Below are positions 16,445 through 24,997 of a DNA stretch of 64,000 bases, in pieces. Origin of the DNA: a virus (taxonomy: Duplodnaviria; Caudoviricetes); IMG/VR virus record IMGVR_UViG_3300020049_016424, positions 1 through 64,000 of that record; one strand, written 5' to 3'. The translations under genes and the position numbers were made by a program. The notes beneath the pieces were generated by a model, which saw nothing but the letters and a program-made list of their open reading frames with translations, was not told the origin of the DNA and made no database searches. The stretch's first letter is position 1. Every line of letters begins with the position of its first letter.

Positions 16445-16807
16445 TCAGGGCCAGGGCTTGGGAGGGGCGTATGGCAAGAATAGCGAACGCGTGGAAGGTT
16501 CGTACTCGAGTAGCTCCGAGAGGGTCAGGAAGCTCCCGTGTCCTTCCATGATGAGCGCCGCCTCGTCCGCCTTGGTTACGGCCTGGAGAAGACGGGTGTT
16601 CCAGCCGTGTTGCCACGTAGAGAACAGCTCACGCGCGTCGCGCAGGTATCGAAGACGTCGCCGTTGCGCGTATCGAAGAACCCGGATGACCGCCACGCCG
16701 AGGATACCTCCGTGAAGGTACCCGTACGAGTAGAACACGAGCAGGCTCGCGCACGTGAGGAAGAAGACGCCCGCCCAGAACCACATCGCGTAATGGTCGT
16801 TTTTCAT
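16445..16807 (-). CDS. membrane protein
   Basis: Hydrophobic N-terminal segments; AAAGGAG RBS. Confidence 0.6.
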   Translation of the reverse strand: MKNDHYAMWFWAGVFFLTCASLLVFYSYGYLHGGILGVAVIRVLRYAQRRRLRYLRDARELFSTWQHGWNTRLLQAVTKADEAALIMEGHGSFLTLSELLEYEPSTRSLFLPYAPPKPWP

Positions 16808-18786
16808 GCTGTTTCCAGCTCCTTTCGTTGTTTGCGGATCTCGGTGACGCGTGCGAGCGTCTTGAGCGCCTGCGCCTTGCTCGAGCCCCACTTCGGGAAG
16901 CCCACGGCCTTCACGGCGTCCGCGCCATAGCTCTTCGTCGAGCCCCGACTGTCGAGAACGGCGACGACACCGAGGTCCGTCATCGACCGGATCAAACGAC
17001 CCGCCATCTGCTTGAGATCGGTGATCATATGCGGAAGTTGCACCTGCCGGAACCCGTCTTCCGCGAGTTTCACCTTCGCCTGCATCACGGCGTCATTCGG
17101 GTTCGGGAACGGGAACTTCGGAATGATCACCAGGGAGAGCTGCAGCCCGGGAATGTCGATTCCTTCCCAGAACGTCTTCAATCCGAGGAGCGTGGCGTGG
17201 GGCGTAGCAAGGAACTGCGCCCGTGCACTCGCCTTCATCTCATCGTTCTGCACGAGCAGCGGGTACGGGTAGTTCTTCTTCCGCAGGAGCGTCGCATAGG
17301 TCTCTAGATCGGTACGCGATGTAAGAAGGATAAAGGCGTGGCCTTCGTTGGCCATGAGCAGCTCGTATATCTCGTCGCACATCGCACTGTAATACGCCTC
17401 AAGCTCTGCAGGTGCGGCCCCACCTTTCGGTATCAGCGGTAGGTGCGTCGGGAAATACCCCCACGCCTGCTTCGCGTAATCGAAGGGCGACCCCAACATT
17501 TTGGCGCGAACAGGCTTTTCGGGCGTGCTGCGAAGGCCCACATCTCGCGCGAAGTGATCGAACTTGTCGTTCACGGTCAGCGTCGCAGAAAGGTACGTGG
17601 GAGTGAGTCCGCGACGTTCGTAGTACTGGGTGAGGTCCCGAGACACGTCGAGAGGCGTGATGGTCAGCGAGTTCTCCGCCACGGCCAGCACGTGACGCAG
17701 ACGGTCCTCCGACGTGTGGTCGATCGCGGAAGCAAAGGCCTCGAGCTGGTCGTTGTAGGTCTGCAGCTCGTGCACCACAGGCCCTGCATGTGTGTCGAGG
17801 AGCTCTGGAGACACCGCTACGAGAGGCTCGAGCTGCCGCAGGGTCTTCCGGGCTTGCAAAGCAAAATGCTGCGCCCGAGGGCCCAAGCTGCGGGTCTGGC
17901 GCGCCTCCCAGAACATGTCCTCGTAGGCCCCCTGCAGGACCGCAAGGTCAGGCAGATGTTCGGGCACGCATGCCAGGTAGCGCTGCGCCTCGCCTTGCGC
18001 GAGCCCTTCGCTGTGTCCGAGGGCCTCCTGGTACTTGTTGTTGGTGTACTTGAAGTACTTCTCCTTGAGCGCACACCCGAGTGCGTCTCGCACCTGTTCG
18101 ACGAACTTGTGGGCTTCGTCAACGATGAGATGTGTCGCATCCGGGAGAATGTCGATGCCGTGCATCCGGTGTATCCGCATGTCCGCAGCGACAAGCGCAT
18201 GGTTCACTACCAAGATCTTGGCGGTGTCCATCGCTTCTTTGGCGTTCAGGTACCCGGTGGTCTGGCACTCGTCGTACCAGTCGCATCGCGTCTTGGTGCA
18301 GTGCGCCACGGAATGCTGCATGTAGTTTCGAGGAAGCGTGACACCCTCGGGCGCGTCCGCCCACACCCAGTGGAGGGTGTTGTCGAAGAACTTGGCGTAG
18401 GTCTGCAGCTCAGACGCGTTCTCCACGTGCAGGTGCACCTTGCGTTTGCATGCGTAGTTCGCCTTGCCCAGGCGTCGCGCGTAATCGACGTCTGGGTAGT
18501 ACTGCTCGAGTGTGGGCAAATCCTTGAAAAAGATCTGCTGCTGAAGGGATTTCATCGCCGTGCTGACGATGATGGTCTGCTTCTCGGTCGTCGCCAGATG
18601 CATGGCATGCGTGAGGTAACCGTAGCTCTTACCAACACCTGTACCGGCCTCGACAGCGGCAGGAGTCTTGGAGTGCAGCGTCTCCTTGAGGAACGCTGCA
18701 AGACGAAGCTGTGCAGGGCGGGCAGCAGGCACAAGCCCGTGCGCGGGATCTTGGAGGAGTTCCTCCGGGGTCAGTACAGGTTTCAC
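16804..18786 (-). CDS. dinG: DinG/YoaA-family SF2 helicase
   Basis: RPAQ Q-motif, EAGTGVGKS, VVNHAL, DEAH, SATL, FWEGID, QMAGRLIR; four Cys of an Fe-S cluster region. Confidence 0.9.
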   Translation of the reverse strand: MKPVLTPEELLQDPAHGLVPAARPAQLRLAAFLKETLHSKTPAAVEAGTGVGKSYGYLTHAMHLATTEKQTIIVSTAMKSLQQQIFFKDLPTLEQYYPDVDYARRLGKANYACKRKVHLHVENASELQTYAKFFDNTLHWVWADAPEGVTLPRNYMQHSVAHCTKTRCDWYDECQTTGYLNAKEAMDTAKILVVNHALVAADMRIHRMHGIDILPDATHLIVDEAHKFVEQVRDALGCALKEKYFKYTNNKYQEALGHSEGLAQGEAQRYLACVPEHLPDLAVLQGAYEDMFWEARQTRSLGPRAQHFALQARKTLRQLEPLVAVSPELLDTHAGPVVHELQTYNDQLEAFASAIDHTSEDRLRHVLAVAENSLTITPLDVSRDLTQYYERRGLTPTYLSATLTVNDKFDHFARDVGLRSTPEKPVRAKMLGSPFDYAKQAWGYFPTHLPLIPKGGAAPAELEAYYSAMCDEIYELLMANEGHAFILLTSRTDLETYATLLRKKNYPYPLLVQNDEMKASARAQFLATPHATLLGLKTFWEGIDIPGLQLSLVIIPKFPFPNPNDAVMQAKVKLAEDGFRQVQLPHMITDLKQMAGRLIRSMTDLGVVAVLDSRGSTKSYGADAVKAVGFPKWGSSKAQALKTLARVTEIRKQRKELETA

Positions 18787-18813
18787 ACGGCCTCCTGGGC
18801 CAAAAAGGAGAGA

Positions 18814-19443
18814 CTAGAGGGACGAAGTGCCGAAGTCCCGTTCGGCGAAGTCCTGTCGTAGCAGACTTACTCCCCTGAACCAAGCGGACTCTTTGTGCAG
18901 ATTACGCACGACGTAGTAGCCTGTGTCCGTACGGGTGAACATATTTCGCGCACATACGAGGACTTCGTAACGATACGCGTGTGCCCCTCGATATCGATTA
19001 TCTGTGAGAATATCCCCGGGCTTATACTTCCAATCGAGCTCGGTCGTGCGATCGTCGAGCGGCGGTTTGCCCTGGGAGTCCAGATACTGCACTTGCTGCA
19101 CCAGGTCTTTCGCTAGGTCATGTAGCGTCCCAATGCGCCGGACGATGGAGTTGGTTCGAGATTCGATCTCGCGGGGACGTCCCATGAGCAGCACCGTGCG
19201 TAGCGTTTCGCTCTCGGCCTTGAACCATGCGTTTCGGCGGTGCAGAACGTTCTGCAGGTCTCGCGTCTGCCGCGCAAAGTCCCGCCGCAGATTGGCGTTC
19301 TGTTGCTCTGCGGCGCGAAGTTGCGCGGTGAGGCGGCTTTGCGCTTGCTTGGATCGACGCAGTAGCTCTGCGTACTCCGCAGGCCAGTCGACCTCTTCAG
19401 GCGCTTCAGCGGGATCCGAGGAAGGCATTCCGGGTATTGCCAC
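18814..19443 (-). CDS. coiled-coil hypothetical protein
   Basis: 209-aa ORF; C-terminal YKPGDIL beta domain. Confidence 0.55.
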   Translation of the reverse strand: MAIPGMPSSDPAEAPEEVDWPAEYAELLRRSKQAQSRLTAQLRAAEQQNANLRRDFARQTRDLQNVLHRRNAWFKAESETLRTVLLMGRPREIESRTNSIVRRIGTLHDLAKDLVQQVQYLDSQGKPPLDDRTTELDWKYKPGDILTDNRYRGAHAYRYEVLVCARNMFTRTDTGYYVVRNLHKESAWFRGVSLLRQDFAERDFGTSSL

Positions 19444-20029
19444 ACATCAGGACGACTTCGCCCCGTTCGAGGTGGCGGGCGATGTGGTGGGCGTCGACCT
19501 GGCGTCCGCCCCAGCGCACCGCGCGGCCGCGGCAAGGGTCGGGGACGTCTCCAGCCAAGATGCGCTCGACGAAGTCGAACTGCTGGCTGATGCGGTGCTT
19601 GTAGCGGTCCCACGGAATGGCGGCTTCAGGCCAGCCCATGGGCCGGTGCAGGTCCTGTCGCAGGTCCCCGATGTACGCGTTGCTGTCGCCTTCTCGGGGG
19701 TTGGTGGCGCGGTCGCTGCGGAGCGCCGCGCGATCCCGCGCCCATGTACGCCCGTCACCATGCAGGGCGAGGAGCTCGAGGCGCAGAGAGCGCCCATGGT
19801 ACCGCGCCGAACGCATACGCATGTGGAGGATGCTCGCGCAGTCGTCTTCGCTGTCTCCGCTTTCGTTTCGGCAGAGCGCTGCGCCGAGTTCGACGTCCGT
19901 GCGCGGATCTGCATGGGAGATTCGCACGAGCTCTTCGTACGAGACTTCTCGGGGACTCTGGGCCTGCGCCAGGGGGGTCATACCGAGGAAGACCACGAGG
20001 GTCAGTGCGAGTTTCGTGATGTTCGACAT
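19406..20029 (-). CDS. secreted protein, possible SleB-like (Hydrolase_2) cell-wall hydrolase
   Basis: Signal peptide ending AQA; LGAALCRNES (candidate catalytic Glu) and DPCRGRAVRW...CGNTRNAF loosely resemble SleB motifs. Confidence 0.45.
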   Translation of the reverse strand: MSNITKLALTLVVFLGMTPLAQAQSPREVSYEELVRISHADPRTDVELGAALCRNESGDSEDDCASILHMRMRSARYHGRSLRLELLALHGDGRTWARDRAALRSDRATNPREGDSNAYIGDLRQDLHRPMGWPEAAIPWDRYKHRISQQFDFVERILAGDVPDPCRGRAVRWGGRQVDAHHIARHLERGEVVLMCGNTRNAFLGSR

Positions 20030-20058
20030 TCGGATTCTTTAGACAGATACTTGGGTGT

Positions 20059-20128
20059 GGTCAAGAGGGCACCGTTTCACGGGACCGTGCATCTAGGATG
20101 CTTCACGGGCCTGTGCTACCCTCTGACC
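20059..20128. other. imperfect inverted repeat / structured element at the divergence point
   Basis: Minus strand GGTCAGAGGGTAGCAC...GTGCCCTCTTGACC encloses GCATC-CTA-GATGC and two copies of CCCGTGAA. Confidence 0.55.
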
Positions 20129-20135
20129 TGCGCGA

Positions 20136-20166
20136 CTCTTTTACCTCCAAACCCCTGTTTTTTAGG
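20136..20166 (-). promoter_or_regulatory. bipartite phage promoter-like motif (variant)
   Basis: CCTAAAA-N14-GGTAAAAGAG at the head of the minus-strand array. Confidence 0.7.
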
Positions 20167-20171
20167 TCCAA

Positions 20172-20771
20172 ATGCCCATCGGACAGTACCGTAAGCCCGC
20201 TTCGGCTCCTGCAGGGGGTGTTCGCACCCAGGCCCCTGCGATGACTCCGACGAAGTCCCTCGCGGACGCGGTCGAGCAGAACATCAAGCAGGACGTGTCC
20301 GACAACGAAGAGGGCGCTGAGCGCACTCTCACCTACGAAGAGCGTCTCGCAGAGGCCAAGATCACACTCGCGGAAGCTCACCGCATTCGGGACTGTCTGC
20401 TCGTCGACGGTGCCTACGAAGAGACTTTCGACCTGACGCCGGCAACCAAGGTGACGTTCCGAACGCGCAGCTACGCGGACTTCGTTCGCGTGCAGCAGGC
20501 GATCAGCTCGGCGCAGCCGACCTTCGTGGCGCAGCGAGACGAGATCACGCTGCGCTACCTCCTCGCCGCGAGCCTCGTGCGCTTTCGCGAAGAGACGTTC
20601 GTGCACCCGGACCCGAAAGAGATCGAGCTCGCGGAGAAGGCCTTCGACGCACGTCACGAGCGGGTCCTCGCGTTCCCCGAGCAGGTCGTCCGGCTCCTCG
20701 CCACGCATCTGAACGTATTCGACGAGCGCGTGAACCTCTGCCTCAGCGAAGGGGCCGTCGAAAGTTTTTGA
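20172..20771 (+). CDS. putative tail assembly chaperone
   Basis: Acidic 199-aa protein two genes upstream of the tape measure; ends at AGT TTT TGA. Confidence 0.55.
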   Translation: MPIGQYRKPASAPAGGVRTQAPAMTPTKSLADAVEQNIKQDVSDNEEGAERTLTYEERLAEAKITLAEAHRIRDCLLVDGAYEETFDLTPATKVTFRTRSYADFVRVQQAISSAQPTFVAQRDEITLRYLLAASLVRFREETFVHPDPKEIELAEKAFDARHERVLAFPEQVVRLLATHLNVFDERVNLCLSEGAVESF

Positions 20772-21217
20772 GCGCCCCCGAGGGCACGTACCGCGCTGAG
20801 ATGTTCATGCGGACGTTGCCTACCCGAGGCATCCCACCTCGGGGGTCGTTTCAGGATCGAGTTGCCCAAGAGATGCTCTACCGAGAGCGTCGTCGCGAAG
20901 TTGCGGGACATGTCTACCAGGCGCAGCTCTTAGCGACAGGCCTTGGCGTCTCCCAAGGTCTTTTCAGTCTGTGGACGCAGGCATTCGAAGATGAGGTCAG
21001 CCATGAGAACTACAGGCCGGGCGTGATCACCGAGAAGAAGCGCATCCTCGAAGCCTTCGCGGCGCGTAAAGCCGTGCAGACGACGCAGGTCAAGAAGGTC
21101 GAGGAGTACTCGATCAAGAACGCGAAGGACCTGCAGCCGTACTCGAAGGAAGAGCGTGCCGCGATCCAGGCCCGCCTACGCTCCCGCGAGCTCGCTCGAG
21201 CAGGGGGCGGTGCGTGA
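20768..21217 (+). CDS. putative tail assembly chaperone, -1 frameshift extension
   Basis: Lies in the -1 frame relative to the upstream ORF and opens at the T5 tract. Confidence 0.5.
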   Translation: MSAPEGTYRAEMFMRTLPTRGIPPRGSFQDRVAQEMLYRERRREVAGHVYQAQLLATGLGVSQGLFSLWTQAFEDEVSHENYRPGVITEKKRILEAFAARKAVQTTQVKKVEEYSIKNAKDLQPYSKEERAAIQARLRSRELARAGGGA

Positions 21218-21255
21218 TGCTCCACTCTTTCCCCAGCCCAAGCTAGACTCGGACG

Positions 21256-24200
21256 ATGCCGGACAACCTGCGATCCTTCCTCCCAGCGGGGTACAACCCG
21301 ATGCAGGCCCAGCTCGGGCTCTTGCCCGGAGGGATTCCTGCACCGGCGCCGATGCAGTTTCAGCCTCCCCCGATGATGCATCCGGGGATGGTGTCCGGAA
21401 TGCTGCAGCAGCAACAGATGCAGCGGCAGTACGCCGCGCCCATGGCTGCGAACGTCTTCGGAGGTGCGCCGCTTGTCGCGCCCCCGATGATGGGCCCGGG
21501 GCTGCCCCCTCCGATGTTCGGAGGAGGGCTGCAGGCGCGGCAGCGCGGCATCGAAGAGACCAACCGCATGCTCGGACTCGGTCAGGCCGGCGTAGGGCTC
21601 GGCGCTCGAGGGCTCGGCCTCGGCGTAGCGGGCATGCTCGGCGGCCCTCTCGGCATGATGGCCTACGAGGGCCTAGGCATCGGGCAGGGCATGCAGCGCC
21701 TCGCGGGCAACGTGTTCGAACCGATCATCGCGCAGCGTGAGCGCGCGCTCGGGCTGCAGAGCGCCTCGACGCACTTCATGACGGGCGGCAGCGGCCTCAG
21801 CGCGTCCGGACACGGCCTGTCGATGGCATCGTCGAACCAGGTGATCAGCGGCGTCAACCGCATGACCGACAGCGCGTCGTTTCGGCGCGATACCGGCAAC
21901 ATGTTCAACCGCGCCGACATGGACCGCATCACACGGCTCAGCGGCGAGCTCGGCATGCTGAGCAACGCGCAGTCCGCCGACCAGATGATTCGTGAGGTCA
22001 AGAACGTCAGCAAGGCGCTCAGTTCGTTCATGAAACTCGCCGACGAGCCGGACATCCAGGCGGCGATGAAGCAGATGGGGCGCCTGCGCTCCTTCGGCAT
22101 GAGCACGCCTGAGATCACGAGCGCTGCGTCGAACGCGCGCACGTTTGCGCGCATGGCCGGCGTATCCGTGCAAGAAGCCATGCAGGGCGCTGAGCGGGGC
22201 GCAGGTACGTTCATGCAGGCGGGGCTGTCGGGCGCCGCGGGCTTCCAGGCGGGGCTCGGCGCACAGGGCATGGCGCGGCAGCTGTCGAACACGATGACGC
22301 CCCGGCAGCTCGCCATGGCGGGCGGGCAGGAAGGCGTCGAGTCGACGATGCTCGGGGCGAGCGCGCACGCGCTGACGATGGACGCGCTGATGACTCCGGC
22401 GCTCGTGCGCCGCAACGGACAGCTCACGATCGATCGCGGCCGTCTCGGGCGCATGACCGGGATGAACATCCAGCAGCGCATGCAGGCGGGGGCCCAGAAC
22501 ATCCAGGGTCTCGGCGGGCGCGCTGCGATCGAAGAACTCTCGACGCGACGGCGCGAACTGCAAGACGAGATGGCGCAGGAGCTCGGCCCCGAGGGCATGA
22601 ATCTCTACGCGCTCAACACCGCGGTCGGCATCTCGCGCAGCAGCGGCATGGGTCTCGGCGCATCCCTGCGTACGATGGGCCTCTCGGAGCAGCAAGCGCG
22701 CACGCTCGAGCAGCTCGCACGCAACCCGGATGCGATTCGGAACATCGAGCAACAGATGCGCACGGGACGGCGCGAGCGCGCCACGGAACGCCGCCGTGAG
22801 ATCGGAGAGCACTCAGGTGTTGGCGGTCGCCTCGGGCATGCGCGTGACGTGCTGCGCGAACGTGCAAGCGGCGCCTTCTCGAGCCTCACGCAGCCCATCA
22901 CCGACTACCTCGCCGACGACCAGGACATGGAAGAGATCGCAGCAGCGTCGGGCGGCGGGCCGTACCGTGTCGTGCGGCGCTCTCGGCTCGGTTCGGACGT
23001 TCAGAGTGCGGGTGCGCGCGACATGCTTCGCGACGACCCGACGCAGGCGCGTGCGCTCATGCAGCGTGCTGCGCAGCGCAGCGCAGGCGCCGTGTCTGCC
23101 GAGGACGAGCGCGTCGCGTACATGCGGCAGAACCACCAGGTTCTCGGACGCTTCTTCGGCCCGCAGGGCTTCGGGTTCACCGAGGCCGGCCGCGGCGGCA
23201 TGCATCGGCGTGACGTGATCATGCAGGGCGCGGACGTAGGTACTCGTCTCGCAGACGTGCTCGGCTATGGTCCCTCGGCCTCCGCAGTGAACCGCATGGG
23301 CGAGTCGCAGGAGCAGCTGAGCGCAGTCATCGAGCGCTCGCAGAGCGGCTCCGTGCAGCAGCGTATGGAGCGCGCCCGCGAGGCGAGCAACCTCATGGGC
23401 GGCATGCCCGCAGGGCGCGGCGACGCGATGCGCGGTGCGCTCACCTCTGCGATCCAGTCCTTCACGCGAAGCCGCACCGGGCTCTCGGGGCTCCTGCAGG
23501 GCACCGGCGACATGAACACGATGCGCAGCCACGTCGAGCAGCAGCTCCGGCGGCAGGGCTTCAGTGCCGAAGAGGTGCGCCGCGCTACGGGTGACCAGCG
23601 CGTGTTCGCGGCCTCGATGGAATCGGCGCAGGCCAGCATGTCGAGCTCGGAGCGGCAGGTGCTCAACGAGATGCGCGAGCAAGGCGGCAACGTGTCCGAA
23701 GCTCGGACCGGACAGTCGCTCGATGCGCTGCGCGAGCACATGAACACGGTGCGGGACAGCATCGCGGAAGACGTCGGTCTCAACATCGGCGCGAACGCTT
23801 CCGACACGGACAAGCGCACGACGCTCGATCTACTCCAAGGTACCGGCGACGAAGCCGACCTGCGCCGTAAGCTGCTCGCAGCTTTCCTCATGACCAAGTC
23901 GAGCGACGAAGCCACGGTGACTCGCGGACAGCAGCGCATCGAAGAGCTTCGACGCGGCTCCCGGCCTGAGGTATTCGACCGCGTACTTGCCAACGTACGT
24001 GCCAGCGTCAGCAGCATGGACGAAGGCACGCAGGAAGACCTCGCGAGCCGCGTGGAAGGCAAGACGAGCTCGGACGCGGAATCGATGATGCAGCGACTCG
24101 GCTCGCAAGCCACAGAGGCGCAGGCCGACGAGCTGCAGGCCGGGCTTGCTTCGAAGATCGGAGACCGCGCCGCGGCGCTCTACTCTCAGGCGGGCGGCGG

Positions 24201-24561
24201 CGCAGGCGGCGTGCGCGCTCTTCGTGACAACACGGGCGCGACGCGCGGCCGCTTGCGCGAGATGCTCGAGAGCGGCGCCTCGGACACCGAGGTGCAGGAG
24301 TACGTCGAACGGCAGGCGGCAGCAGGCACCGGCAGCACGGAGATGGACGCTGCGGGCGCCGCGGTGACCGAGGGCGAGGAAGCCCGCGGTGAGCTCGCGG
24401 ATTCGATGGTCGACACCTTGCGGGAACACCTCGAAGACATGCCCACCGCGGCGGGGCAGCTGTCTGAAGCCGCTCGCCGGCTGAACGATGTGGCGGACCG
24501 CCTCGCCGACGCGGGCTCGATTGACCGCATCACCCGCCTGACCAACGGCGCCGGCGATTGA
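21256..24561 (+). CDS. tape measure protein
   Basis: 1101 aa, Ala/Gly/Met/Gln-rich, predicted helical, follows the chaperone pair. Confidence 0.75.
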   Translation: MPDNLRSFLPAGYNPMQAQLGLLPGGIPAPAPMQFQPPPMMHPGMVSGMLQQQQMQRQYAAPMAANVFGGAPLVAPPMMGPGLPPPMFGGGLQARQRGIEETNRMLGLGQAGVGLGARGLGLGVAGMLGGPLGMMAYEGLGIGQGMQRLAGNVFEPIIAQRERALGLQSASTHFMTGGSGLSASGHGLSMASSNQVISGVNRMTDSASFRRDTGNMFNRADMDRITRLSGELGMLSNAQSADQMIREVKNVSKALSSFMKLADEPDIQAAMKQMGRLRSFGMSTPEITSAASNARTFARMAGVSVQEAMQGAERGAGTFMQAGLSGAAGFQAGLGAQGMARQLSNTMTPRQLAMAGGQEGVESTMLGASAHALTMDALMTPALVRRNGQLTIDRGRLGRMTGMNIQQRMQAGAQNIQGLGGRAAIEELSTRRRELQDEMAQELGPEGMNLYALNTAVGISRSSGMGLGASLRTMGLSEQQARTLEQLARNPDAIRNIEQQMRTGRRERATERRREIGEHSGVGGRLGHARDVLRERASGAFSSLTQPITDYLADDQDMEEIAAASGGGPYRVVRRSRLGSDVQSAGARDMLRDDPTQARALMQRAAQRSAGAVSAEDERVAYMRQNHQVLGRFFGPQGFGFTEAGRGGMHRRDVIMQGADVGTRLADVLGYGPSASAVNRMGESQEQLSAVIERSQSGSVQQRMERAREASNLMGGMPAGRGDAMRGALTSAIQSFTRSRTGLSGLLQGTGDMNTMRSHVEQQLRRQGFSAEEVRRATGDQRVFAASMESAQASMSSSERQVLNEMREQGGNVSEARTGQSLDALREHMNTVRDSIAEDVGLNIGANASDTDKRTTLDLLQGTGDEADLRRKLLAAFLMTKSSDEATVTRGQQRIEELRRGSRPEVFDRVLANVRASVSSMDEGTQEDLASRVEGKTSSDAESMMQRLGSQATEAQADELQAGLASKIGDRAAALYSQAGGGAGGVRALRDNTGATRGRLREMLESGASDTEVQEYVERQAAAGTGSTEMDAAGAAVTEGEEARGELADSMVDTLREHLEDMPTAAGQLSEAARRLNDVADRLADAGSIDRITRLTNGAGD

Positions 24562-24586
24562 CCCGTCGTCCTCTTTCTGCACACTG

Positions 24587-24793
24587 GTGACCATGCGCAA
24601 GGCTTTGTTCCCGAACGCGATCGACACGATTCGTCTTCTCAACGACAACGCCGTCGACAATCTGCTTGTCGGGCAGCCTTCTTCTGCGCAGTTGCCGTCG
24701 CTCTACCAACGCGCCTACTTGCTCGTTCACGAGACCGGCGTCCTTGCGTACGACGACGGCTTCAAGGCACCTACGCCCCCCGCCCGGAGATAA
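24587..24793 (+). CDS. hypothetical virion-module protein
   Basis: Short ORF after the tape measure; start could be the ATG at 24593. Confidence 0.55.
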   Translation: MTMRKALFPNAIDTIRLLNDNAVDNLLVGQPSSAQLPSLYQRAYLLVHETGVLAYDDGFKAPTPPARR

Positions 24794-24796
24794 CCC

Positions 24797-24985
24797 GTGA
24801 CCCGAGAGGCTGCACGCAAAGAGCTCGCACGGGCCCTCCTTCGGGCCTCCGAACCGCCCCGGCCGTTTCAGCGCACCGAGGCCCGCGTTCGATTCCTCGA
24901 GATCCTCGAAGTAGCGCGACAGCTCGAGCCCGAGAGTGGTCTCTACGCCGTGCCCGCAGAGGAAGCTCTCCCCAGCCGCTCGTGA
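24797..24985 (+). CDS. hypothetical protein
   Basis: GGAGA RBS, GTG start. Confidence 0.5.
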   Translation: MTREAARKELARALLRASEPPRPFQRTEARVRFLEILEVARQLEPESGLYAVPAEEALPSRS

Positions 24986-24997
24986 TACGCTGCCCCC

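Noticed and set aside
16804-18786. Type IV CRISPR CasDinG locus
   Set aside because: No cas genes or repeat-spacer array are recognisable in the window
72-20194. Long plus-strand ORFs over the minus-strand array (e.g. 72-947, 3408-4712, 17443-18861)
   Set aside because: Arg/Ala/Pro-rich shadow frames typical of high-GC DNA, antisense to coupled genes with recognisable motifs
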